Origin: Azolla caroliniana | Lineage: Eukaryota; Plantae; Polypodiophyta | Assembly: GCA_043228905.1 (NCBI GenBank) | Contig: JBHGNT010000003.1 | Span: forward strand, 7,812,001-7,876,000 | Direction: 5' to 3' | DNA length: 64,000 nucleotides | In this document: positions 12,881 to 23,395 of the stretch, one piece after another | How positions within the stretch are numbered: position 1 is the stretch's first letter | Layout: the number at the start of each line of letters is the position of its first letter | The notes under the pieces: model-generated | What the model was told of the DNA's origin: nothing | The model's input: only the letters and a program-made list of their open reading frames with translations | The model's database searches: none | Made by a program: the position numbers and the translations under genes

Positions 12881-15800
12881 TGTCAGGTGTAAAGGCCCTT
12901 AGTTCACAAATTAGGTAATTATTCATATATGTGAACACATTGTTCACCTGGACAAGACACCTCCTTTTGTAATGTGAACACACCACTTTCTTTGTAAGGT
13001 TAACTAATATAATAACCTTTTTTTTTCTTGTGTACCAATCAAGGCGGTTGGGTACACCAAAGATCTGCGTGTCTCTACTCTCATCTCTACTACAGTCCTG
13101 TTTGCTGAACGTCATCTCTCAATAGCTGATCTGTCAAACATTCCTCTTTACCTTTAACTGGTATCAGAGCCAAATCTCTTTTCTCTGCTTTGCTGTTTTT
13201 CTTTAGATTCAGAATCAGCAGAAAACACAGATTTAAAAAAATAAAAAATAAAATCTGTCAGACCCTTTCCTATTGGTATTCTGCTCAATTTCTGAAGGCA
13301 TCTGTCATAAATCTTGGGAGCAATGCCCTCCACTTCAGCTGAAGTGAAAAACCTCTTTGAAATCAAGAGATTTGATGGAAAAGGTTTCGAATTGTGGAAA
13401 GAGCGTATGCTGGGCATCCTCTTTCTAAGAGATTGTAAAGATGCTCTCGTCGAAAAGAAACCAGAGAGCATGGAAAATGATGCTTGGAACACTCTGAATA
13501 AGAAAGCCATTACATATATTAAATGGCTGTTTCTGATGAAATTCTTGTAGATGTAAAGGGCTTGACTACTGCCCATCAAGTTTGGGAGAAACTTAAGAAA
13601 ACTTACGAGAATACTACTCCTATGAATCAGGTGCATTTGATGAGAAAACTTGTCAGTATGAGGCTTGATGAGTCGAAAGGTGCAACAGAGCATCTATCGT
13701 TATTCACAGGTACTCTCTCCCAACTACATGATTCAGGATTACCAGCTTTTGATGACAAGCTCAAAGCTATCTTCCTACTTATGACTTTACCGGATTCGTG
13801 GGAAACATTAGTTGTTTTACTATCTAATAGCCCCACCTTGACCTTCGATGGTGTGCGGGGCTCTATTCTCAGTGAAGAGATTAGAAGACAATCTAGCGGA
13901 GAAGGTAGTGGTTCAACATACAATATTAGGGGGAGATATGATAAGAGGAACCCAAATGTAGGACAAAGAAATAGAAGTAAGAGTAGAGGGAAAGGAAAAC
14001 AACAAGATATCACATGCTATCATTGTGGCCGTAAAGGTCATAAGAAACCTGATTGTAGATATTGGAAGATGGAACTAGAAAGGAAGAAGAATGTAGGAGA
14101 GAAGAAAAACAAAGATGATAAGTTTAATACAACAGAGAAAGCTAATATGGCTTCAAATGTTATCATTGAAGACCTATCTGGTGAAGATGGTGATGTACTC
14201 TGTATTATAGGTGATGCCTTTATAGCTCATGTTCAAGACATGCAAATCACCAAAACAGATGTTATTGATGCTTTATTGTCAATCGATGATGGATTGACAT
14301 AGACATGGATAGTAGACTCCGGGGCTTCTTTTCATGTTACTCCATGTTTGGAGTGCTTTACCACATTTGATGCAGGCAGTTATGGAAAAGTTTATCTTGG
14401 TAACAATAGTGCTTGCAATATTGATGGTATTGGAACCATACACTTATCTTTGGATAATGGTCAAGAGCTTGTGCTCAAAGATGTTAGGTATGTACCTGGC
14501 ATTAAGAAAAGTTTGCTATTTGTAGGACAGATGGATTTGCATGGTTACACCACATCATTCAGTGGTGGATTATGGAAACTAAAGAAAGGATCTATGGTTA
14601 TTGTGAAAGGTTGCAAAAAGGGCACTTTGTACTATTTGCAATGTAAAGCTTTACCTGGAAAGTTTCTTGCTATTGCTGAATTCAACTCTCGTTTAGAGCT
14701 TTGGCATAAGAGATTAGGACATATGAGCCAAAAAGGACTTGAAGTCCTTTCTGCTTTAAAAAGATTTGATGTTAAAGGATCAAAGCTGGGTTTTTGTAAT
14801 GATTGTCTATTTGGCAAACAAGTGAGAAATTCTTATTATTCTGGTATCTCTCGTAAACCAAATGTGCTAGATTTGGTGCATTCTTATGTATGTAGCATGC
14901 CTGTAAAATCCTTGGGCGGTGCTGCATATTTTATTTCCTTTATCGATGATTATTCTAGGAAGATTTGGGTGTACTTGATGAAAAGAAAAGGTGATGCATT
15001 TGATGCATTTAAATCTTTTCATGCATTTGTGACTACTCAAAAAGGGACAAAACTGAAATGTCTCAGAACAGATAATGGGGGTGAGTTTACATCTGCAGAA
15101 TTTAAGTCTTATTGTGACTTACATGGTATTAAAAGAGAGCTTACAGTTCCATATAACCCTTCATCAAATGGGGTGGCAGAAAGGTATAATAGGACCTTGT
15201 GTGAGCGAGTACGATGCATGCTGTCCACAACTAATCTCCCTCATGAATTTTGGGGAGAAGCATTAAAAACCGCGGTTCATATATGTAATCGTTCTCCCAA
15301 CAAGTCCTTAAAAAATGGAATCCCTGAGGAGGTTTGGTCTGGCAAACCAGCCTCATATGACCATTTACGAATTTTCGGTTGTGATGCGTTTGTACACATT
15401 AGAAGTGAGCTGAGAAATAAGCTCGATGCTAAGTCCACCATGGGCATTTTTATGGGCTATGGTGATGAAGGTGAAATGGGCTATAGGATTTGGTTACCTC
15501 AGTCCAGAAAAATTGTACGCAGCCGGGATGTTGTTTTTAATGAAGAAAAATTGCTGAAAAATGCTTGTTCCTCTGTTGGGAATTCTAAGAGCGTTACATT
15601 TCAGCAATTACAGCCATCCACAAAATCTGAAAATAAACCTCATGATGCTATACCAAAGGTTGAATATGATGATCGCCCAGTTATCTTTGAGCCAGAAGAA
15701 GTTGGACAGCAAAGAGATGCTCATGAAGGTATTGGTCAACGAGATGAAGGTACTGAAGAACAAAATATAGATGTTGAACAACATGCTGGACATGGTTTGC

Positions 15801-17791
15801 AACAGCCAGAATGTGCTGAAAATGATTTTCCTCCAGATTTAGAACCAATCCCAGAAAATACTGATCATTGGGTACGTAGGTCTAATCGTTCAAGGAGGCA
15901 GGTATATAGATATGACCCCTCTTTGCATTATGTCATGCTGTCAGATGAGGGTGAACCTCTTACTTATAAGGAGGCAATGTCATGTGAACTTAGCAGTAAG
16001 TGGGAGCTTGCAATGCAAGAAGAAATATATGCAAATGATACATGGGATCTTGTGTCCTTACCTCAAGGAAGGAAAGCTCTTCCAAATAAGTGGGTTTATA
16101 AGGTAAAGGGAATTGAAGGGAAACCAAAATACAAGGCAAGATTAGTTGCCAAGGGTTATGCACAGAAGGAAGGTATTGACTTCCAAGAGGTCTTCTCTCC
16201 TGTTGTGAAGATGACCACACTTCGTGTGCTATTTGCTCTCACTGCAATGCTTAATTTGGAGTTGTACCAAATGGATGTAAAGACCGATTTTTTGCATGGT
16301 GATATTGATGAACAGATCTACATGAAACAACCTGAGGGTTTTGTAGTCTCTAACAAGGAGCCTTTGGTATCCAAACTAAAACGTAGCTTGTATGGCCTAA
16401 AACAAGCACCACGACAGTGGTATAAGAAGTTTGATACTTTTATGCTTTCTCAAGGCTTTGATCGTAGCTATGCAAATCATTGTTTATACACGAAAAAGGA
16501 TATCGATGACAGTCCTATCATACTTGTTCTATATGTGGATGATATGTTGCTAGCTGGGAAAAGAAAGACTAGTCTTGATGCTATAAAAGATCAACTGAAA
16601 TTGGTCTTCTCTATGAAAGATTTGGGAAATGCAGAGCATATTTTGGGCATGAGAATCAGTAGAAACAGAAAAGACAAATTGTTGTTTTTGTCACAAGAAA
16701 AGTACATTGAAAAAGTGCTTAACAGATTTAATATGGCAGAAGCAAAGTCCCTTGGAGTTCCTTTGCCATCATATCTTAAACTCAGCAAGGCTGATTGTCC
16801 AAAGGATGAGATGGAAATCAATGCTATGAAGGGAATTCCTTATGCATCAGCATGTGGTTCATGCTATGGTAGCTACTCGTCCAGATATTGCTTATGCAGT
16901 GGGAGTTGTTAGTCACTATATGTCTAATCCCGGGAAAGCACATTGGGAGGCTGTCAAGTGTGTTTTCAGGTATCTTAAAGGTACACAGAGAAAATGTTTA
17001 TGCTATGGGAAGGGTGCATTAAATTTGCAGGGATATTGTGATGCAGACATGGCAGGTGACTTGGATACACGTAAGTCTACTAGCGGGTATATATTTACAG
17101 TTGCTGGTGGAGCAGTGTCTTGGTGCTCCAAATTGCAAAAGATTGTAGCACTGAGTACTATTGAAGCTGAATATATTTCAGCTACAGAAGCTTCTAAGGA
17201 AGCTATATGGCTCAGCAGACTTGGTGAAGATCTTGGCATGTCTGTTAGTACTCCTGTGTTAGGATGTGATAGCCAGAGTGCTGTGTATCTGGCTAAGAAT
17301 GCCATGTTTCATTCGCGCACCAAACACATTGATGTGCGACATCACTTTATCAGACAAGTTTTGGAGGATGGTCTAGTCACATTGACCAAGATCAAAACAC
17401 AGGATAATCCTGCAGATATTCTCACTAAAAGTCTTGGCAAAGCTCAACATGAGCATTGCATACAGTTAGTGGGAGTTACTTGAATGTTCACATCAGACCT
17501 TTAAGTGGGAGGTTGTTAGGTGTAAAGGCCCTTAGTTCACAAATTAGGTAATTATTCGTATATGTGAACACATTGTTCACCTAGACAGGACACCTCCTTT
17601 TGTAATGTGAACACACCACTTTCTTTGTAAGGTTAACTAATATAATAACCTTTTTTTTTTCTTGTGTACCAATCAAGGCGGTTGGGTACACCAAAGATCT
17701 GCGTGTCTCTACTCTCATCTCTACTACAGTCCTGTTTGCTGAACGTCATCTCTCAATAGCTGATCCGTCAAACATCTCTCTTTACCTTTAA
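12881..17791 (+). mobile_element. Ty1/Copia LTR retrotransposon 'Copia-3', AT-rich family
   Basis: LTRs of about 277 bp at 12881-13157 and 17514-17791, TSD CCCTC, iMet PBS at 13159-13170 and PPT AAGTGGGAGG at 17503-17512. Confidence 0.95.
13323..17483 (+). pseudogene. Copia-3 gag-pol, frameshifted with a stop
   Basis: ORF pieces 13323-13550, 13523-14302, 14348-16912 and 16842-17483 carry the gag CCHC knuckle, protease DSGAS, integrase, RT YVDD and RNase H ADILTK motifs. Confidence 0.9.
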
Positions 17792-18414
17792 CCCTCAACC
17801 TATGTGGTCCAACCACCAGATTTTCAGTTCACAATCTTAGCTCAGATCCTTGAAGGTGGTTCACACACTTCAAGAGTGACATCCCTTTTTCAACAGGATC
17901 AAGTTGTTTATGGGCCAACAGATTTCTCTATCTGATCTTAATTTATAGACTTTGCACATGTTTCACTAATTTTTCCGTCGAGATTTTCCTTTTATCTGAG
18001 CTTGCATCAAATTTCACATCCTCATTGAGTACCATTTTCTTTCTAATAAGACCATAGAGTCTTTAGGCTTATATCCGACAAAGATGCACTTCCTGCTCTT
18101 GATACCCAGGTTTCTCCTACAGTTGTCAGGTACAAGCACCAAAAATGTACAGCTGAACATCTGTTGATGTGTGGCAAAAGGTTTCATGCTTGTATACCCT
18201 TGTTTGAATATGTGGATCACAGTATTAATTGCCTCTGCCTAAAAAGAGTCAGGTAATTTTGCTCCCATGAGGACACATCAGGTCATCTCTACAATTGTTT
18301 GATTCAGATGTCCCTCTACTACGCTTTGGTGAGGAGTATATGATGCAATCAGCTTCTCCAAATCCTTGCCAAGGTTACACGCTTAACAAACTTATTTGAA
18401 AGAAACTGTCATTC

Positions 18415-18797
18415 AGATACTCATATCTCATAACTGATCAAATCATCTATTGATTTAATCAAGCTGAAAACCTATTCTCAGGATACTCTGCACAATACCC
18501 TCTATTTGATTTCATCAAGCTAAGATTCTAATTTGTGCGGATACTCTATCAAATAACCAACAAAACCCTGTATTTGATTTGACCAAACTAAATCTCTCAG
18601 TTTGGCAATACTTGTTATAATAATCGATCAAGCCATCTATTTTATTTAATCGAAATATGAACTCTCTTTCTGTGTATACTCTTTAGTAAATCCTCTATCT
18701 GACTTCAGTAAATTAGAACTCTATGTTTGCAGATAGTCAATCAAATTCTCTATTTAATTTATTCAAGCTAAAAGTATATGTCTACAGATACTCAACC
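18415..18797. repeat. Degenerate ~60-bp tandem array, about 6 units
   Basis: Recurring GATACTC and TCTATTTGATTT-ATCAAGCTA motifs at 55-67 bp spacing. Confidence 0.6.
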
Positions 18798-18901
18798 AAT
18801 CAATTCCATAATGATTTTGCATTTGTAAATGGAAGAAAAAAGAACAACACAAAGAGAGAGAGAGAGAGAGAGAGAGATCAGGTAGCATTGAAAGTACTTA
18901 C

Positions 18902-19111
18902 CTTTGAGGATATTTTGGTAGTATTATCAGAAACCAAATGGTAATTAGCAAGGACTAATCCTTTCGTGTTGAGCTCCTCCGTAAAACATTTCTTTTCTGA
19001 TGCTCCGATATCGAATTGGAGACCTGAGGAAACAGAGAGAATCAGAGACGCGGAGACAATCAAGATGAAGATCGATGAAGAAGATCTGGATTCTTCCATA
19101 GCCATAGCCAT
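18902..19111 (-). CDS. p24-delta gene, exon 1 (signal peptide and start of GOLD domain)
   Basis: MAMAMEES..IFILIVSASLILSVSSGLQFDIGASEKKCFTEEL..ISSK, then a phase-0 GTAAGT donor that joins in frame to VTSPYG at 3489. Intron 1 is 3490-18901. Confidence 0.9.
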
Positions 19112-19137
19112 GGCTTCTTCTTTTCTTCCTTCCTTGG

Positions 19138-19267
19138 AAACCCTAAACTCTTTCCCGGTTTCTCGGAAAAAGACTGTCTGATATTCTTGCTTCTTCCTTT
19201 CCGATCGTCTTTCCTCAAACCCTAAAGAAGTCTGCTCAGGCTTCCTTCTCTCTTATAGAAACCCTAA
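19138..19267. promoter_or_regulatory. Three telo-boxes (AAACCCTAA) in the p24 5' region
   Basis: Exact AAACCCTAA at 19138, 19217 and 19259, all within 160 bp upstream of the ATG. Function is inferred from the known plant telo-box. Confidence 0.55.
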
Positions 19268-19379
19268 AAAGTATTGCTCTGCAATGGCAGGTCTCAAATA
19301 ACTGAGCAAAAGAGACAGAGGATGGATGCATGGAAGAAAGGCTTCAATTTCTTTATTTTGAACAGAGACCAAGGAAAGC

Positions 19380-20230
19380 TTTTTGTGTTTTGCTTTTGTG
19401 ATTTCTGCTTTTTGCCTTTTTGCCTTTTGCTTTCTGGTTTGTTTGCTTTTTGCTCTTTTTTGCCTTTTCATTTGATTGCTCTTTTGCACTTCATTGTTTT
19501 GCTCTCTTGTTATTCGTTTTTTGCGTTATGCGTTTTTGCTTTTTTAGCTTTTTCTCTCTTTTGCAGTACGGTCGATATCGTTGAAATGCAATCCAAATAT
19601 GGTTTCTTGGGGTGGGATCTGTGGGCGCAGCCCGTAGGTTTTGTAGTGTTCTCTTCATATGCATCACTAGCGGAAATGTGAAAGATTGCCATTTAATCTT
19701 TACCATAGGTGAAGGAGGAAGTGGTGGCGATTCGTTATGCTTTTTTGCTTTTTTTTCTCTTTGCTCTTTGTTTTCCACTATGTGCTCTTTCACTACTTTG
19801 TGCTCTTTTGCTCTTTTGCTCTTTGATTTTTGCTTTTTGCTTTTTCGGTGTTTTGTCTTTGTTTTTTGTTTTTTGTTTTTCGGCTTTTGCTTTTTGGTTC
19901 TTTCCTTTTTCCTTTTATTTTTTTGCTCTTTGCTTTTCCCTCTTCACTCTTAGATTTTTGCTCCTTTGCTCTTTATTTTTTGCTTCTTGCGTTTTGCTCT
20001 TCACTCTTCACCCTTTGCCTTTTGCTCTTCACTCTTTGCTATTTGATCTTTTCGTGTTTGCTTTTTGCTTTATGCTTTTTTGCTCTTTGCTCTTTAGTTT
20101 TTCCCTTTTGTTTTACGCTTTTTTTGCGTTAGTTTTTGCTTTTTGCCTTTGGCCTTCACGCATTCGTTTTTTGTTTTTCACTCTTCGTCCTTCTGTTCTT
20201 TGCTCTTTGTATTTGTTTTTTGTTTTTCCA
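19380..20230. repeat. Degenerate (TTTTGC)n low-complexity tract, resuming at 46930-47050
   Basis: T-rich TTTTGC/TTTGCTC units on both sides of the ndhA fragment and on the far side of element A. Confidence 0.8.
19565..19730 (+). pseudogene. ndhA: Plastid ndhA exon-2 fragment (NUPT), frameshifted
   Basis: Translates as [46 protein letters not shown]. This matches plastid NdhA [53 protein letters not shown] (recalled from memory), with several small indels. Confidence 0.85.
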
Positions 20231-21200
20231 GCATAATTGTTATAAAACACGTATTTAATGTTTAGAATATTGTAAAATGCCTCCAAACTCTCTTCCTCTT
20301 TTCCATTCCATCGAAATTCTTTTATCCAGTTTGGTATTACATTCCAAGATACATTTGGTTATCTTGGCACACTTCTAGTTACTTACCCCTAACTAACCTT
20401 TTACTAACTATGGTGTAACTAACTAAACCATGGTCTAACTCCCCTAACCCTGGTTGTAGCTACTTGGGTTAGGTGAGGGGTTTTGGCCTGTGGTTTTACC
20501 ACGCGATCCCATAGCTCCACCCTTCAAAAAACCTAAGTATGTCGATTGTGTCTGATGGTGCCTCTGCTCCGTTACTGTGGGAGCTACCTCCAACGCGTTG
20601 CCATTGCAGATGACGTCTCGGTTGCTCGTGTTCGATGGTGGCTCTGGTTCGTCCTGCTGGCTGGCTGCGACTGAAGGGTTTTCTGAGTCATCCTCATTGG
20701 GGACATCATGGTGAGTTTCCTCTTCTTGTGATGCTTGAGTTGTGGATTGGTGGACATATGGCTTCATCCTTATCACGTGCGCATAGGTAATCCGTCCATT
20801 AGCATCTCAACGGAGGGAGTAGGTGTTGGCTCTCATTGATCAGATGACAGTAAAAGGACCAATTCATCGATGCATCATTGATTCACTGAGTCCCTGTCAT
20901 TGGATCGGGAAATAGACGAGGACCTTTGCTCCGGCGGCATACGCTATCGCCCGACAGCCTTTATCATAGCATCGCTTTTGTCGTGATTGAGCGAGTTGTA
21001 GATTCTTGTGTATGCTCAATCGTAAGATAGGTTGGACCTGTTGCAAGTGCAACCACCAATCCATTGCATCGGCTCGAGTATTTTTTTTGTGTAGCTCCAC
21101 CTTGATGTCGGGGGGTAAACGAGGGTCTCGTCAATATAGTGCTCGGAAAGGGCTTATTCGAGTCAAGGCTTGCACCGAGGTGTTATATGCATGCGTCATG

Positions 21201-21631
21201 TGTTACGAAGGCGCTATGGCTCTTCTGTGTGCACATCGGATCGTGGTGTGCTGGATCGTTCACTGCTCAAGACAGAAAGGGGAAGGGAAAAGGAGGCTTA
21301 CCTCTGCATAATCCAAAAAGCTTCTACTTCATTACACACAGAGCTCAACTCGCTCTCGTCAGTTTTCTGTTTTCTGTTCTTACTCTCTCTGCACTACTCT
21401 CACTCTTCTTCTTTGTACTTACTACAACTTACTTTTTACCTAAGTACATAAGTGACTTATATATGCAGCTAATTAGCTGCCAATAGCTAATTAGTTGTCT
21501 AAAGCTAAATATTTGTCAGTAGCTAAATAGTTGTTTCACCTTTATATCCACTAGTAGCTAATTAGCTAATAGCTACTATAGCTTATTTCTCAATAAGCAT
21601 CACATACCTTTGTTGAGCTTGTTTCTCAACA
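21201..21631 (-). mobile_element. Solo LTR E inserted in the integrase of element A
   Basis: TGTT...AACA termini with TSD TCATG/TGATG (one mismatch). Removing it restores ILPFITHAYNTSVQA. The terminus gttgagcttgtttctcaaca resembles the element B LTR end, which gives the inferred strand. Confidence 0.8.
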
Positions 21632-23395
21632 TGATGAAGGGTAGGATCAAGTCCCACGTTGTGTGTTGTAGGTAGATGAATGCGGTAAGTTGTTTAATCG
21701 TCTTGTTCATCCGTTCTATCAATCCGTTCGTCTGGGGATGATATGGGGAGGTAAATATCTGTTGAATGCCTAATTGTGTGGCTAATGCTTACAGTACCTC
21801 TTCGCTAAATTGCAATTCTCGATCTGATAGGATGCGAGTTGGGCAACCATGTGGAAAAATGATCCGCTCCATCAACTTTGTTGCTATGGTGACGGCTCGT
21901 GCATCCATAATTGCGGCGGTATTCAGAGATGACTAAGATATACTTGTTTCCTACTTGGGATTCGGGAAAAGGATCGATGATATCCCATCCTATTAATTTA
22001 AAGGGTTTAGAGACGGTAATAGGCTGAAGTAGGCCGTCGTTGGAATGGGGTGGCCTAATCTGTTGACATGAGTGGCATTGTTTGATGTAGGTTGCAATCG
22101 TTGTACGCATTTGCGGCCAATAATATTGGAGACAGATCTTGTCTAGCACCTTGTGGAATTCGAGGTGGCCAGACATCGGGTGATCGTGAAAAAATTGCAT
22201 ATATAAATTCCGCAAGCTCTGTGGTATGTAGATTCGTGGCTCTTTCCCTGTTTGTATAAAGTATAAGACATTGTTTTGCAATTGGAAATGGGTGTGTACC
22301 TTTTTGCTTGTTGTCAACTGAATGTCATAGGTGATTTTTCGTATTTGCTCATCAGCTTGTTGTAGGGTTGCTATCTAGGCCATCGTTGTGGGTAATTGGA
22401 CTAGTGTAGGATTGAATTGAACACATTGTGTTTCTACTCTTGAAAAACCATCGGTGATCACCTTTTGGACTCCTTTTTTATAAGTTAATGTGTACCGATA
22501 TTCCTGTAAAGCCATCACCCATCTTAATAGGCGACCTGGAGGGCGTGGCTTGTTAATTAGATGGATTAGGGGTTGGTGGTTTGTTTCGACAATGACCTGG
22601 GTGCCGTGTAAATAGGGATGGAACTTGTTAATTGCTACCATTCCTTTTCTATTTTGGAGTAATTCTTTTCTACAGGAATAAGAGATCGACTTATATAGGC
22701 AATTGGGCACTCTACTTCTATTATATCTATTTGTAGTAGGATGGCTCCCAATCCATGATTTGATGCGTCTGTCTGCAAAAGGAAGGGGCGTGAGAAATCT
22801 GGGTGAGCCAATTGACCTGCTTGGTGTAGTGTATTTTTTAATTGGATGAAGTTGTTCTCACATTCAGTTGTCCACTCAAACTTGGAGCCTTTTCGTAAAA
22901 AATGTCGTAGGGGTGTTGTCATGGTGGCCATATTGGGAATGAATCGGAGCAAAAAAATCGCCATGCCTGTCAGAACCAAGGATAAAAGATAGAGTGATGG
23001 AAGAAGGATATTAGAGAACACGAGAAGAAAGGAACGAAATACTAAGAGAAGAATGGATGTATAAGATAGAGAAAGAAAGAGAATGGATACAAGATATGTA
23101 ATGAGAGCTAAAGACTGGTGTTGATTCGAATTGATTTGAGAATACATGTATGCCCTTATTTATAGGTTCCTATAGAATAGCTTAGAGATTTCTAGAATGT
23201 TCTAGAATGTTCTAGACCTAGAATGCTCTAGGACATTCTAGAACATTCTAGAATAATCTAGAGGCTTTACAATAATCAATGTAATACAAGAAGTAGCTTT
23301 TATTGTTTCATATAACAATCAGCTATCTTAATGGTTGAGGTTTTCCAGTATGGATTACAAGGTTCAAGGTTCAAGTCTGGGTGACGCCATAATGG

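Larger units (their letters stand above)
11190..18400 (-). mobile_element. Old, degraded Copia remnant (pieces at about 11190-11838, 12296-12875 and 17797-18400), interrupted by two later insertions
   Basis: Minus-strand fragments SRKCIFVGY (integrase end), NQTWELLD and YQLDVK (RT start), with a PPT-like tract near 11197-11204. Boundaries are approximate. Confidence 0.6.

Noticed and set aside
18415-18797. CRISPR-like repeat-spacer array (also considered for 55138-55371)
   Set aside because: Eukaryotic context, degenerate repeats, spacers are related or simple sequence, and no cas genes.
19253-20236. Phe/Leu/Cys-rich and Lys-rich ORFs resembling membrane proteins
   Set aside because: They are translations of the (TTTTGC)n tract. 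Only the ndhA island is gene-derived.
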